Of a stretch of 41,479 nucleotides of DNA, positions 29,589 through 38,902 are shown piece after piece. Location of the stretch: IMG/VR virus record IMGVR_UViG_3300037743_000076, positions 1-41,479 of that record. One strand, written 5' to 3'. How positions within the stretch are numbered: position 1 is the first letter of the stretch; each line of letters opens with the position of its first letter. Both the position numbers and the translations under genes were made by a program. The DNA is from a virus (taxonomy: Duplodnaviria > Caudoviricetes). The notes below the pieces were generated by a model. The model saw nothing but the letters and a program-made list of their open reading frames with translations. It ran no database searches and was not told where the DNA came from.

Positions 29589-30223
29589 CGTACTAGCTCC
29601 TTTATATAATCCTCGCCTTTGGCGAGCAGTGTGGAATTAACATCCCCGTCCGGCATCGGCAAGATGCGGACCGGGGACGGGAGCTTCTTTGCCAGCTCCG
29701 CCGCGAACTTCAACCCGGGTTCATCGTTATCCGCCAAGATCGTTACTTGGCGGTAGCCAAGAAAGTTGAGACTCCAAAATGGTTTCCACGCTTGCGTGCC
29801 CGGCACGCCCACGGTCGGCAACCCTGCTTGAGTTGCCGCTATACAATCAAACTCCCCTTCACAAATATAAATGTCCTCTGTATCCAATAGCAATGCTTGC
29901 ACGTTGAAAAGCCGCTGTTCAGAACCAGCGGCTTTGTCGTACTTCGGAGACTCGGTATCGTTGATAGCTCGGTACTTGAAGTCCACTACAGACACGCCCC
30001 GTACAGGGCACTTAGTCATGTACGGAATAGCAATCCGGCCTTGGAACCGAACATCTTCCGGGTCGGGCTGGGCTACGTAGCCCAGCCCGAAAGCCGTGAT
30101 TGTGGCATCGGTAAAGCCACGCTCCTTAAGGTAGGCCGACCCTTCGTCGGACTCGCTTAGCTGGCTTCGATACCGCTTGGCCTTGCCAAGCAGTGATGTC
30201 CTCTGCGATTCGGACAGCGTCAA
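29585..30223 (-). CDS. DNA primase, catalytic/TOPRIM part
   Basis: YLKERG, GRIAIPY, CEGEFD, LADNDEPG, DVN. Confidence 0.92.
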   Translation of the reverse strand: MTLSESQRTSLLGKAKRYRSQLSESDEGSAYLKERGFTDATITAFGLGYVAQPDPEDVRFQGRIAIPYMTKCPVRGVSVVDFKYRAINDTESPKYDKAAGSEQRLFNVQALLLDTEDIYICEGEFDCIAATQAGLPTVGVPGTQAWKPFWSLNFLGYRQVTILADNDEPGLKFAAELAKKLPSPVRILPMPDGDVNSTLLAKGEDYIKELVR

Positions 30224-30437
30224 TGAAACTCACCTCTTCCTGCTGTCTAATAAGGGCGATTACATCGCCACGGGCTTCACAGCCAAAGCACACGAACAAC
30301 CCCTTCGCGGGGTTGACCGTGGCTGAGGCGTTGGACTCATTGTGAAAAGGACAAAGCACTTTGTGCTCTCTGTCCTCATCGGGCAATTCCTTGCCCTCGT
30401 AGCCGTAATGCCTAATCAGCTCTTCAATCGGCGTCAT
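30126..30437 (-). CDS. DNA primase zinc-binding (CHC2) part
   Basis: CPFHNE..AS...F.CFGC...GDVI; ATG at 30437 after GAGGG. Confidence 0.9.
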   Translation of the reverse strand: MTPIEELIRHYGYEGKELPDEDREHKVLCPFHNESNASATVNPAKGLFVCFGCEARGDVIALIRQQEEVSFIDAVRIAEDITAWQGQAVSKPAKRVRRRVGLP

Positions 30438-30820
30438 ACGCCGAACCCTCCAGGGAGAGCAACGGCTCTCCGTACATCTCGCTGAAATAGTCCTCAATGA
30501 GCGCGGCGGCTACGAGCAGACCAAAGAAGCTGTTTGGATACTCTGATGCCTTACTAAGAAGTTCGCTATGCGCCGCGCGCATACCGGACTTCTCACCGCT
30601 TTGGTAGTACTGTTTCTGCTCAAGACTCATTACGCAGATCCTTAATGCCGTCTTCTACTTGCGCACAGGCCGACTCCCATGCCTGCGACGGTAGAAATTC
30701 GTACAGATCAGTAACGTCTTCGTGGGCGTAGTACAGCCTGTCCGCTACGGCGACCGCGTCTCTTATCCCGGCTTCGTATCCCTCTGCGTAACCATCTTTG
30801 CGTTGCTTGCGCGTGCTCAC
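30424..30820 (-). CDS. two small hypothetical genes (30424-30630, 30620-30820)
   Basis: Coupled ORFs in operon orientation. Confidence 0.5.
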
Positions 30821-30989
30821 TTGTCCTCCTTCAGTACATAATCGAGCGCCTGAGCAAAGGTCTGAAATACGTCGTCAAGTTCCTTGTCTTTGGTAACGAC
30901 GAAGCGCCCGTCTACTTGCTTCTTAATGCCAAACTTTCCGTCTGCGGTCTTGACAATCGTGTTGTCTGCTGCATTCAATGTCTTGTCTC

Positions 30990-31421
30990 CTATCTAAAAT
31001 CAATGTGGAGCCGCTCTCCGAGCACTTGAAGTGCCGGAGGATCTTCTAGGTAGTTAGCGGCCCGTTGGAAGAAGTCAGAGCTGTCTCGGCCATGGCCGAG
31101 CATTCGGTTACAAGGGCGACAAAGCAGCCCACGGGCGAAGCCGTCTGCATGGCAGTGGTCTACAGCGAGCTTTCGTGTCGCGCCGGTAGCGCGACGACAG
31201 ATAGCACACTTATTCCCTTGTGCTTTGTAAAGCTTTGCGTAGTCGCCAGCCAAGAGCCCGTATGTCTCTTGCACGTGTGTTTCGTGGACGTATCCCTTGC
31301 GACCCTTACGTTGTGCTTTGTGGTGCGTCGCACACCTAGGCCCCGGATACGGGGCGGGCCGGGGCTTCTTCGCCCCAACCACACAATCCTTACAGCGCTT
31401 TGGTGAAAGTGCTTTGCTCAT
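30990..31421 (-). CDS. endonuclease VII-like resolvase
   Basis: YGL...Y....QG.KCAIC...LAVDHCH...RGLLC..CN..LG. Confidence 0.92.
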   Translation of the reverse strand: MSKALSPKRCKDCVVGAKKPRPAPYPGPRCATHHKAQRKGRKGYVHETHVQETYGLLAGDYAKLYKAQGNKCAICRRATGATRKLAVDHCHADGFARGLLCRPCNRMLGHGRDSSDFFQRAANYLEDPPALQVLGERLHIDFR

Positions 31422-31582
31422 ACCTCCCTCTCATGTTCAGAGGGAGAATCACGGAGTACCAGTGGAGCCCCGTAGGGCTCCACCGAACCAGAGCGAACCA
31501 GCCAGGAAACTGGCTGATCTGCTTCGCCGCGTCGCGGCGGACACGCTCATAGTCCTTAGTGTTCTCCGCGCTCCACGCGGTG

Positions 31583-32221
31583 CTAGTCAACGAAAGCCCC
31601 TGTCGCCATAAACAGCCAGTTATCAACAAACCGCTTACGCGCTGCTTCTTTATCAGCGGCGCGTGTCTCAGCCTCAATGATCGGACGAACAGACTTCACA
31701 ATCTCGATAGCGAGATAGTCAAGATCTTCCGTACCGCCTTTGTTGGCCACTTCCCTAGCCACAACCCGCTCAGCCGGTCCAATATCGTCAGCCATCAGAC
31801 ACCCGCAGACGCGTTCGTCTGGCGAACCAGCTCGTCAATAACCCAGCCAACCGCGATGTCAGACAAGTCTTCTGTAGTGCGCTTCGCAAGTCCAAAGTAA
31901 TCATTAGGCTCAAAGTGGTCTTCATCCGCAAAAGCAATATTGTCCGCAGAGGCGAAAGCCTCAGCGAGTTCCATAGTTCGGTTAAAGCTCATCTTCTATA
32001 TCCTCATCATCATCAGTACTAGGTGAATAAACAAGTGTTTCAACGCTGTCGTTAAACAGCGGGTTATGCTCTATAAAGGAATACAAAGCGTCGAATTGCT
32101 TCGCCCGCAATTCATCATTACCGCCGTTAACTTCAATCTCAAATAGCGTGTAATGATCATTCGGCGGTGACAGACAAGTAAACAGCCTGCCGAGTCGGTC
32201 CATTAAATACCCCTTATCCAC
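31583..32221 (-). CDS. three small hypothetical genes (31583-31795, 31795-31992, 31982-32221)
   Basis: Coupled ORFs in operon orientation. Confidence 0.5.
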
Positions 32222-33008
32222 TAATCAATTGAGTTTGCATGTTCCATTCAAGTGTTTCGTATTCGCCGCCTCTTGAAGGCGGGCCGTTGCTATTCTTTGC
32301 AATCACTACGCCGAGTTCTCCCGGCGCGGGTTGAAACAGATTCAGTGCAAGCCGAGGCTTCTTCCCGACCTTGCCCAGCAATGCGCTAAGTGGGGGGTAT
32401 GTATTAGCATCCTCGTAAGGGCCGGTCATATGGTGCAACACAACCACCGCTATGTTGCGGGATTGTGCCAGCTCAGCTAGCCAGCTGAGCGAAGTACCAA
32501 ACCTCGCCGTACCCTCTTCGTCTCCGTCCTCATCGTACAAGTCCATTAGGTTATCCAAGACAACCATTTCAGGGTAATACCCATGAACTGATTCGTATGC
32601 CATTAGATGATTACGTACATCTTCTTTAGTTAGCATCGCATCAAAAGCCCATTGGACGTGTCGGAGTCGCTTCGCGACTTCAAGGTGTTTAGTCCGGCGA
32701 CTCGCTTCTTGCGAGTCCCAGTCGCTTAGCACGTCCGATACTCGCGTATCGGAAAGGGTAGAAATAAACCTAGGCCCTATTGTCGCAGTCCCGGAATCGG
32801 GACTGAAATACACAGTAGGCACTATTGCTTTTGATAGGTAATTGGTAATGAAAGCGGTCTTGCCCCCACCAGGGGCAGCCGCGATAATAGCGAGCATTCC
32901 ACGGCGGAATACCGCGCCCCGCTGTGCGAGCGATAGAAAAGGCATCGGGAGAGCTATTCCCCCCGATGCCCCTTCGTGCTGGATTGATCTAAACAAGCTT
33001 TGAGGCAC
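32214..33008 (-). CDS. DnaB-like helicase (RecA-fold domain only)
   Basis: AAPGGGKT Walker A, VVLDNL Walker B, VVLHH, IAKN..GP. Confidence 0.85.
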   Translation of the reverse strand: MPQSLFRSIQHEGASGGIALPMPFLSLAQRGAVFRRGMLAIIAAAPGGGKTAFITNYLSKAIVPTVYFSPDSGTATIGPRFISTLSDTRVSDVLSDWDSQEASRRTKHLEVAKRLRHVQWAFDAMLTKEDVRNHLMAYESVHGYYPEMVVLDNLMDLYDEDGDEEGTARFGTSLSWLAELAQSRNIAVVVLHHMTGPYEDANTYPPLSALLGKVGKKPRLALNLFQPAPGELGVVIAKNSNGPPSRGGEYETLEWNMQTQLISG

Positions 33009-33012
33009 TCAA

Positions 33013-33180
33013 TCACCCCATTAGAATCAACGTGGCCAGCACTCCGGATGACATGCCAAGAACCAGCGGCACGAACTTAAACATCAGGTGTGAACGGAGA
33101 TTCTGCGTCTCACACAGAGACGCTAGCAAAAGAAAGTAAAGCGCCACTACATAAAGAACAACGATAGTCGCAGTCGTCAT
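33013..33180 (-). CDS. small membrane protein
   Basis: Read by hand: 55 aa, two hydrophobic segments, ATGA overlap. Confidence 0.5.
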   Translation of the reverse strand: MTTATIVVLYVVALYFLLLASLCETQNLRSHLMFKFVPLVLGMSSGVLATLILMG

Positions 33181-34380
33181 TTCATCAGCTCCTCAAGCTC
33201 GTCAATGTTGCCGTGAATACGAGCAGCCAACACAGCAATCGTGGTTGCCAAGGCAATAGCCAGTTCGTCACGGTTGTAATGAGAGAGCGCAACCGCGCGA
33301 TAAACGCCGACTTCGCCGTGATCGGCGAAGGCTGTCTTAATAGGATCTTGCTCAACGAAGTTCAACAGCAAGTCACGGTTACCGCAGTAAACGCGGTTGA
33401 TCCGTTCGGTTTCATTATCCATTAAGCATCCTTGCCCAAAGCGGCGTTTACGCCGTCTTTCCACCAGCCGAGCTGGTCGAAAGTGAGTTCGGTCCAATTC
33501 TCGGGCTTCTTAACGCCGCGATACAAACGTGATTCCATTTCGGACACGTACAACATCAGTGCGTCGCACAGTTCCTTAACCTGTTCAAGAGACAACGCCT
33601 CGCCAGACCAGGCAACCCCACGGCTACCAATTTCTACAGAGGGCTTACTGCCCTCTGTAGGCGTGTTTACAATGATGAAATATCCAGTCGTACTAGTATT
33701 CCAACGACCACCCATTACTATCTCCTTAGTTTGATCTTGCAAGGGGGCGTATGCCCCTTGTCTTTCACACAGCGGAGAATCGAGTCCCCGCCGTCTTTCC
33801 ATATTGCGTACTCGATAGGACACGGCGGCTTAGCCATTAAGCCGCTCGTACGTGTTCGTAAACATGTGGTACTTCCATTGCGTCATATCCGCGAGCCGGA
33901 GTAGGCTCGCTCTCCATACTCGGTTGTGACCGAGTACTATCGTATCGTCTCCGATATTCAGCGGTCTAAATTCGACCGCTGGTCTTCCGTTCTTAGTTGT
34001 GTTCGCGTCAATCACTAGTGCCAGCCCGTGGGCTGACCACTCCACATAATCACCTGCTTTGAACTCCATTATGGTCATCCCCTTAGTGCATAAGAAAACC
34101 CGCACCGAAGTGCGGGTTGCGTGAGCGTTCCGACGCTCAAGTGGGCAGCCTTGCCGTAGGCTGCCCTATTCAGGATCGGTTAGTCGTTCTCGTCTGCGGC
34201 AGGGTTGGCCGCTTCGATCAGCTTGACGGCCATTTTTCGAGCCATCTCCGTAGTTATGTAAGTTGCCCGTCCTCCGACTCGCACCACTACGCACGGGTCT
34301 TGCTGCGGAGCAGCGATAGCACCGACGCCTACGTGTTCAAACATAGTCGAATCAACTGATGTGCCTGTCCAGCTCTTCAT
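33177..34380 (-). CDS. four small hypothetical genes (33177-33422, 33422-33715, 33830-34069, 34180-34380)
   Basis: ORFs with RBSs in operon orientation. Confidence 0.55.
34092..34118 (-). terminator. intra-operon terminator
   Basis: AACCCGCAC-TTCG-GTGCGGGTT-TTCTT on - strand. Confidence 0.75.
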
Positions 34381-34721
34381 TCGACACCACCGTTCCGGTC
34401 TATAGACTCGATAGCAGCAACTGCCACGGCAGCGACCTGTACCAGCTCGGCTCGGGCTTCATCCAAACGGCCTGTGGCTGCCGCTGAAACAACCTCAGCA
34501 ACTTCTTCAACCAGGATGTGAGCCCATGTGACCTCACCTCTGGCTGTAGCCCACTCACACAAGAACTTAGCGCGAGCTTCGGTAGGAATCTCATGCTCTT
34601 CGGCTAGTCGTCGCGCGCCCCGTTCTGCCAAGATCGGGTCAATTAGCGGGTGGTTCTGTTCGCCCCACCGCGCATCTTGCTGCGTGCGTTCAGCGGCTAC
34701 CTCCGCCGCGACAGTTTTCAT
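34377..34721 (-). CDS. MazG-like nucleotide pyrophosphohydrolase
   Basis: ER..QD..WGEQNH, ILVEEVAE, ELVQVAAVAVA.IE. Confidence 0.8.
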   Translation of the reverse strand: MKTVAAEVAAERTQQDARWGEQNHPLIDPILAERGARRLAEEHEIPTEARAKFLCEWATARGEVTWAHILVEEVAEVVSAAATGRLDEARAELVQVAAVAVAAIESIDRNGGVE

Positions 34722-34999
34722 TACTCATTCTCCTTTGCGGTATGTCGCAGTGTGGCAATGACGTTCTCTCCTGTCTGGTTTGGAAGGTCATTCCAAGCGG
34801 GTATAGAGCCGCCTACGGCTTCTTCTAGAAGCTCGTCAGCGTCGTATACAGGTCCCTGCCAATCGTCGGCCGCGTGAACCGCAATCAGCGCGCCACGCGC
34901 GCAGCACCGCCCTTCTCTGTCCTTAAGAACGTCTTGACACCATCCGTCTTTCTCTAGTAGATCAGCGGCAGCGTTCAGCACTTCGGATACGGTTTTCAT
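34721..34999 (-). CDS. DUF6197-like protein, copy 1
   Basis: L..AADLLE..GW...C..GAL...WND...VIA.LR. Confidence 0.65.
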   Translation of the reverse strand: MKTVSEVLNAAADLLEKDGWCQDVLKDREGRCCARGALIAVHAADDWQGPVYDADELLEEAVGGSIPAWNDLPNQTGENVIATLRHTAKENE

Positions 35000-36684
35000 T
35001 CGTCAACACCCCCATAGACCACAATCGTGGTCTGAGCAGGGCCCGCCAACGCGCCACCTAGGAACAACTCCGCCTGCTTTCGCATGTGCTCGCGGAATTC
35101 CGCAGTAAGAGACTTGGGCGTATAGCGAAATAGCTTTAGTCCCTCAGTCTCAAAGGGAACGACGATACTCATTGAAATGGTGGCCTTCATTCACTGTCCC
35201 CCAGAACCTCATTCAAAAAGTCTCGGAGACGCGTTGCGTCAAGGCGAGTCAGATTAACAATGTCTTGCTCGTTAACAAGTTCGTCGCCCAAATTGAATTG
35301 GTCAATTTGAACAATGTGCTCATCGTCGTGAACTTCGGAGTAGTCGAACGCTTTGAAGAACTTGAGTACGCTCATTCCGCTGCCTCCGCCAGTTCGCGGA
35401 GCTTCGCAATTACCGGCTCCGCCGAGTCCTGGGCATCGTTCCACGATGCAATATCACGGTCAAACCTAATTGCCTCATTAATCTTCTTGTGCAAATCCCA
35501 CTCTAGTTTATCCGCACTCAGGTCCTCGTCAGATACGCCCAATGTCGAAGCTATCGCGCCAAGCATACAATACCCGTTATCGTCGTGATAGACCTCTGTA
35601 GTCCAGCCCTTTTCTTCAAGAATCTCCGCAGCGCGGAGAAACGTCTGCTTTGTAATCTCCATAATTTCTTACTCCTTATAATCTCTTTTAGACGCCGATC
35701 GTTATCGGCTTTGCGCTGGGCTTCTTTCAGCCGCTGAATAGCGGCTGCCTCTTCGGGGGTCACGTAGTGCCCCCGCCCATGCCGGTCGTGAAGTTCGACC
35801 GGCGCTCGTACGGGATTGCATCCCGCGATGAGTAGTAATTGCTGGGATACTCCAAAGAGGTCGGAGCGGGATAGACCCTCCGACCTTTGCGAAAAGAACG
35901 GCCAGTCTCTACTGTGATGTAGTCAGTTGGCCGTGCACCGCGAATAACGCGGGCTGGCCACACGTTGAAAACTGTATGGCAGCGCCCATCTTTATGGTAA
36001 AGCTTCATCCCAACCGTGATCTCAACTCCGTCAATCGTCTTCACAGTTCGGACTCCTTCAGCTCGAAGTACTCTTCGAGCTCGGTAACCACAAAGTCGAA
36101 TGCCTCTTCGTGGCTAACAGCCTCTTTGTATTCCGGCGTGTCCATGTCGGACACGTGCCAGTTCTGTACGGTGTAGTTTTTGACTAGGTAATCCAAGAAG
36201 TCTTTAAGCTCTTCCTTGCTCTTCTTATTCACTGTGTTCTCCTTAGTGTCTAGTGGCCTTGCCTTGCCAGTGCAAGGCGAGTTTCTTCCACGCTTCGACT
36301 TGCCCCTGCAAGTCCTCAATCATCAGCGCGTCTTTGGCGCGCTGTTCGTTCACTGCTTGAAGCTCCTTAGCGCTGTACACGCGTGACTGAAAGACCTTTT
36401 TCTCCGCCAACTGGCGGAGCTTGTTTACTGGCTTCATTACGCTTATCCTTTGTGTAATGTAGGTACAGCAAAGCCCGGGGTCGAAACCCTGGGCTGAACT
36501 GAGTTACTTACAGATCCTGGATTTTGTCTAGCAGGGCTTTAAGCCTGTCGGCGTGTCGGTTCCAATAACCGGATTCATCCTCACCCTGTCTTTCCGCATG
36601 GCTCCGGTAGCGGGTCACTGTTATGTCAAGAGCGCATTGCAAGTCGGTTAGCTCTATCGCGTTGACTTCAATCGTGTACTTCAC
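34996..36684 (-). CDS. further small early genes (34996-35190, 35187-35375, 35760-36044, 36041-36232, 36243-36437, 36508-36684)
   Basis: Coupled ORFs with RBSs; 36508-36684 read by hand (GTG start, 58 aa). Confidence 0.5.
35372..35662 (-). CDS. DUF6197-like protein, copy 2
   Basis: L.AAEILE..GW...C..GAI...WND...VIA.LR. Confidence 0.65.
   Translation of the reverse strand: MEITKQTFLRAAEILEEKGWTTEVYHDDNGYCMLGAIASTLGVSDEDLSADKLEWDLHKKINEAIRFDRDIASWNDAQDSAEPVIAKLRELAEAAE
36469..36495 (-). terminator. weak intra-operon terminator/hairpin
   Basis: AGCCCAGGG-tttcga-CCCCGGGCT-TTG. Confidence 0.5.
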
Positions 36685-36704
36685 CGTCTGTCCTTTTGGG
36701 TACG

Positions 36705-36732
36705 AAAAAGCCCTGAGCGATTGCTCAGGGCT
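36705..36732 (-). terminator. intra-operon terminator
   Basis: AGCCCTGAGC-aatc-GCTCAGGGCT-TTTT. Confidence 0.75.
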
Positions 36733-36844
36733 GAACGTGCGGTTGTCTATTTAGTTCTCAGCAAGCTCTTTAAAGTCTGTGTAAAGCTCGTAGCCCGCTT
36801 CCCAGATGCTTTTAGGCCATGTGGAAACGTCTTTCCGGGGCTAG

Positions 36845-36889
36845 TGCCCTTGCATGGGATCGAACCATGCCGAGCGCCCCGCCAAGGGC
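36845..36889 (-). ncRNA. tRNA minihelix-like element (acceptor stem + T-arm only)
   Basis: GCCCTTG/CAAGGGC 7-bp stem, CATGG-TTCGATC-CCATG T-arm, discriminator A then CTA. Confidence 0.6.
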
Positions 36890-36962
36890 ACTGTACCTCG
36901 GGAGCCGTCCGGCTCCACGCTCCGTAGAGGGCGTGTGCCAGGCTTGCGCCTGGCTGGTCTTG

Positions 36963-37100
36963 CTAGTGCAAGACCCACATCACTAGCGTGTTGGTCAAGT
37001 CTACAATCGATGCCCATACCGTGGGCACTGCTGGCAGCATAGCGGCTGTCGCCGCTACGGCTAGACCGATCATTGCAAAGTAAGCGCGTTTGGTAATCAT
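36963..37100 (-). CDS. small hydrophobic peptide
   Basis: Read by hand: GGAG RBS, ATGA overlap, MITKRAYFAMIGLAVAATAAML... (45 aa). Confidence 0.5.
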   Translation of the reverse strand: MITKRAYFAMIGLAVAATAAMLPAVPTVWASIVDLTNTLVMWVLH

Positions 37101-38561
37101 GAGTACTCCATAACCTCTTTCCACGAATACGTTTGTCCTTCATCCACGAAGGACGGGGCAATCTCTGTAGGTATTGGCCCGAATTCCCACCAATCACTAA
37201 AGGCACCTTTAGTTACCGGTCGGTGGTGCACGCCCCAGAGCGGGGCGTGGTCCCACTTGTAATGACTAACCATGTGACCACGGTCGACATCCCAGGCGTA
37301 AAAGTCATCTGCGTTGCGGCACTTTTGGATGTGGCCGCAGTCGGCCACGCCACACTTGAAATAGCTATTCACTGTCGTCTCCTTTGAGTACTTCAATAAG
37401 GCACCGGTACAAGACCGGTGCCAAGTTGAGTTACTCCGAAGCTAGCGCTTCTGCCTCAATCGCTTCAAAACGCTCGACCACTGATCGCACAGCCGCCTCC
37501 ATGTGCTCTTTGAGTTCTTCCGTGTCGGGCACCTCGGCATCCTCGTCATAAACGAGGATGGTCCGATAAGGCTGCCACGAAACCCTTTCGGGGAGAAGAG
37601 CGTCAAACGCTTCATTTTGCGCGCTCATAAGCGCGGCTACAAGCGCCCCTTGTTGCTCAGAAGTGTATTCACCGTTATTGATGAACGCAAACCAACCGGC
37701 TTGTTGTTCGTCCCGGTTGAAATCGCTGCCGATCAGAGTCATTTCACGTGTGAGTGTCATGTCCGTCTCCTTGTCTAAGTCTCCAATTAGGGGCCTCTGC
37801 CGGGAGGCCCCACGTTGACTACTCAGCTTCAAATTTAGCAGAATACAGCCGCTGGACAATCGCCTCTTGCTCTTTGAGCACTCGGCTAGTCCAAATGTTT
37901 TCAATCGAGTCTTGCCACTTCATCGCGTCGCGACTCTCTTGGGCTTTTTCGGTCATAGCCTCTGCGAGCATTACAATCTCAAGACTAGTCAGTTCAACTG
38001 GGATACGATCACTCATTGTTTTACTCCTAAGTTTTTAAGGCGGCCCGTTTGCCGGAACGGGCCACGTTAACTACTCAACAGTTACAGCTCTTCGAGCTCC
38101 CATATTTCTTCAACTGAGCCGAACGACGCAATATCCCAGCCCTTTTGTTCGTAGAACGCGACTGTGTTGAGGATGAATTGCATCTGGTTGTATCCGGGAG
38201 TAGTGTCAGCAAGGCGAACCTCTACGGCCTTAGTACGACCATCTTTAAGTGTGACAGTGGCTTTGTATCCCTTAAGCTCCATGTCTTTCTCCTTTACGTA
38301 AGGGTCGTAAGATGGGGCCCCTGAAGAGGGTCCCATTAATTGGTGTTATCCGTTGGCCATCTTTTTCAAGCACATCTTGCAGGTGACTTCTTTCTTGGTG
38401 GGTCGGAAGTTGGTGTGCGACCGGAAACCAGGGTAGTCAGTACCGTTAGCCCAGGGCTGGCAGTCGCGACGGTACGTCTGGCGTCCAAATCTGTCGGTGC
38501 CACACCACTCGGTTGTCCCTAGGTGAACTACTCCGCCGTTGGTCCCTTGTACGTTCGTCAT
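37097..38561 (-). CDS. five small early genes separated by hairpins (37097-37372, 37431-37760, 37819-38016, 38082-38282, 38346-38561)
   Basis: Each has a strong AGGA(G) RBS; first and last are Cys/His-rich. Confidence 0.65.
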
Positions 38562-38584
38562 GTTCTTATCCTATCTCTGTCTAG

Positions 38585-38641
38585 TGCGCCACCCCGGAAT
38601 CGAACCGGGCTTACCTGCTCTACCAATTGAGCTAGTGGCGC
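38585..38641 (-). ncRNA. tRNA-like RNA lacking the anticodon arm
   Basis: GCGCCAC-TA-GCTC-AATTGGTA-GAGC-AGGTAAG-CCCGG-TTCGATT-CCGGG-GTGGCGC-A: perfect acceptor, D and T arms, 57 nt. Confidence 0.75.
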
Positions 38642-38793
38642 CCCGAGCACCCGCGCTAACTCGGGGTGCTCCACGACTGATGACAAGGCTCAATCGGTGG
38701 CCTACTCTGCGGGGGAATCGTAGGGACTTCCCGTGCACTCCCTGAGTCGTTAATCCGGGAGAGAATTTTTAGTTGTTCTTCTTGCTTGTCCCA

Positions 38794-38824
38794 AGCATGC
38801 CACAGAACAATGTCCGGTAGCAAG
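38794..38824 (-). promoter_or_regulatory. early promoter with overlapping operator
   Basis: TTGCTA-N18-CATGCT with TG extension; overlaps repeat AATGTCCGGTAGCAAG (38809-38824). Confidence 0.7.
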
Positions 38825-38880
38825 TAAATCGCTATGGTCTCTTTGGTTGGCCTTGGCCGTCTGTTTGGTTGGCTACGGAG

Positions 38881-38896
38881 AATGTCCGGTAGCAAG
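38881..38896. promoter_or_regulatory. second operator copy
   Basis: Identical AATGTCCGGTAGCAAG 72 bp from the first copy, just past the nuclease stop codon. Confidence 0.7.
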
Positions 38897-38902
38897 TGAG
38901 AT

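Noticed and set aside
36976-37090. Additional hairpins as part of a longer ncRNA
   Set aside because: Region is explained by a 45 aa hydrophobic ORF with RBS and ATGA coupling
38585-38641. YrlA/Y RNA, tmRNA or attB-derived tRNA remnant
   Set aside because: Acceptor stem is open-ended rather than permuted, no Ro gene or tag ORF is present, and it is far from the integrase, which is a serine type with its own attP candidate
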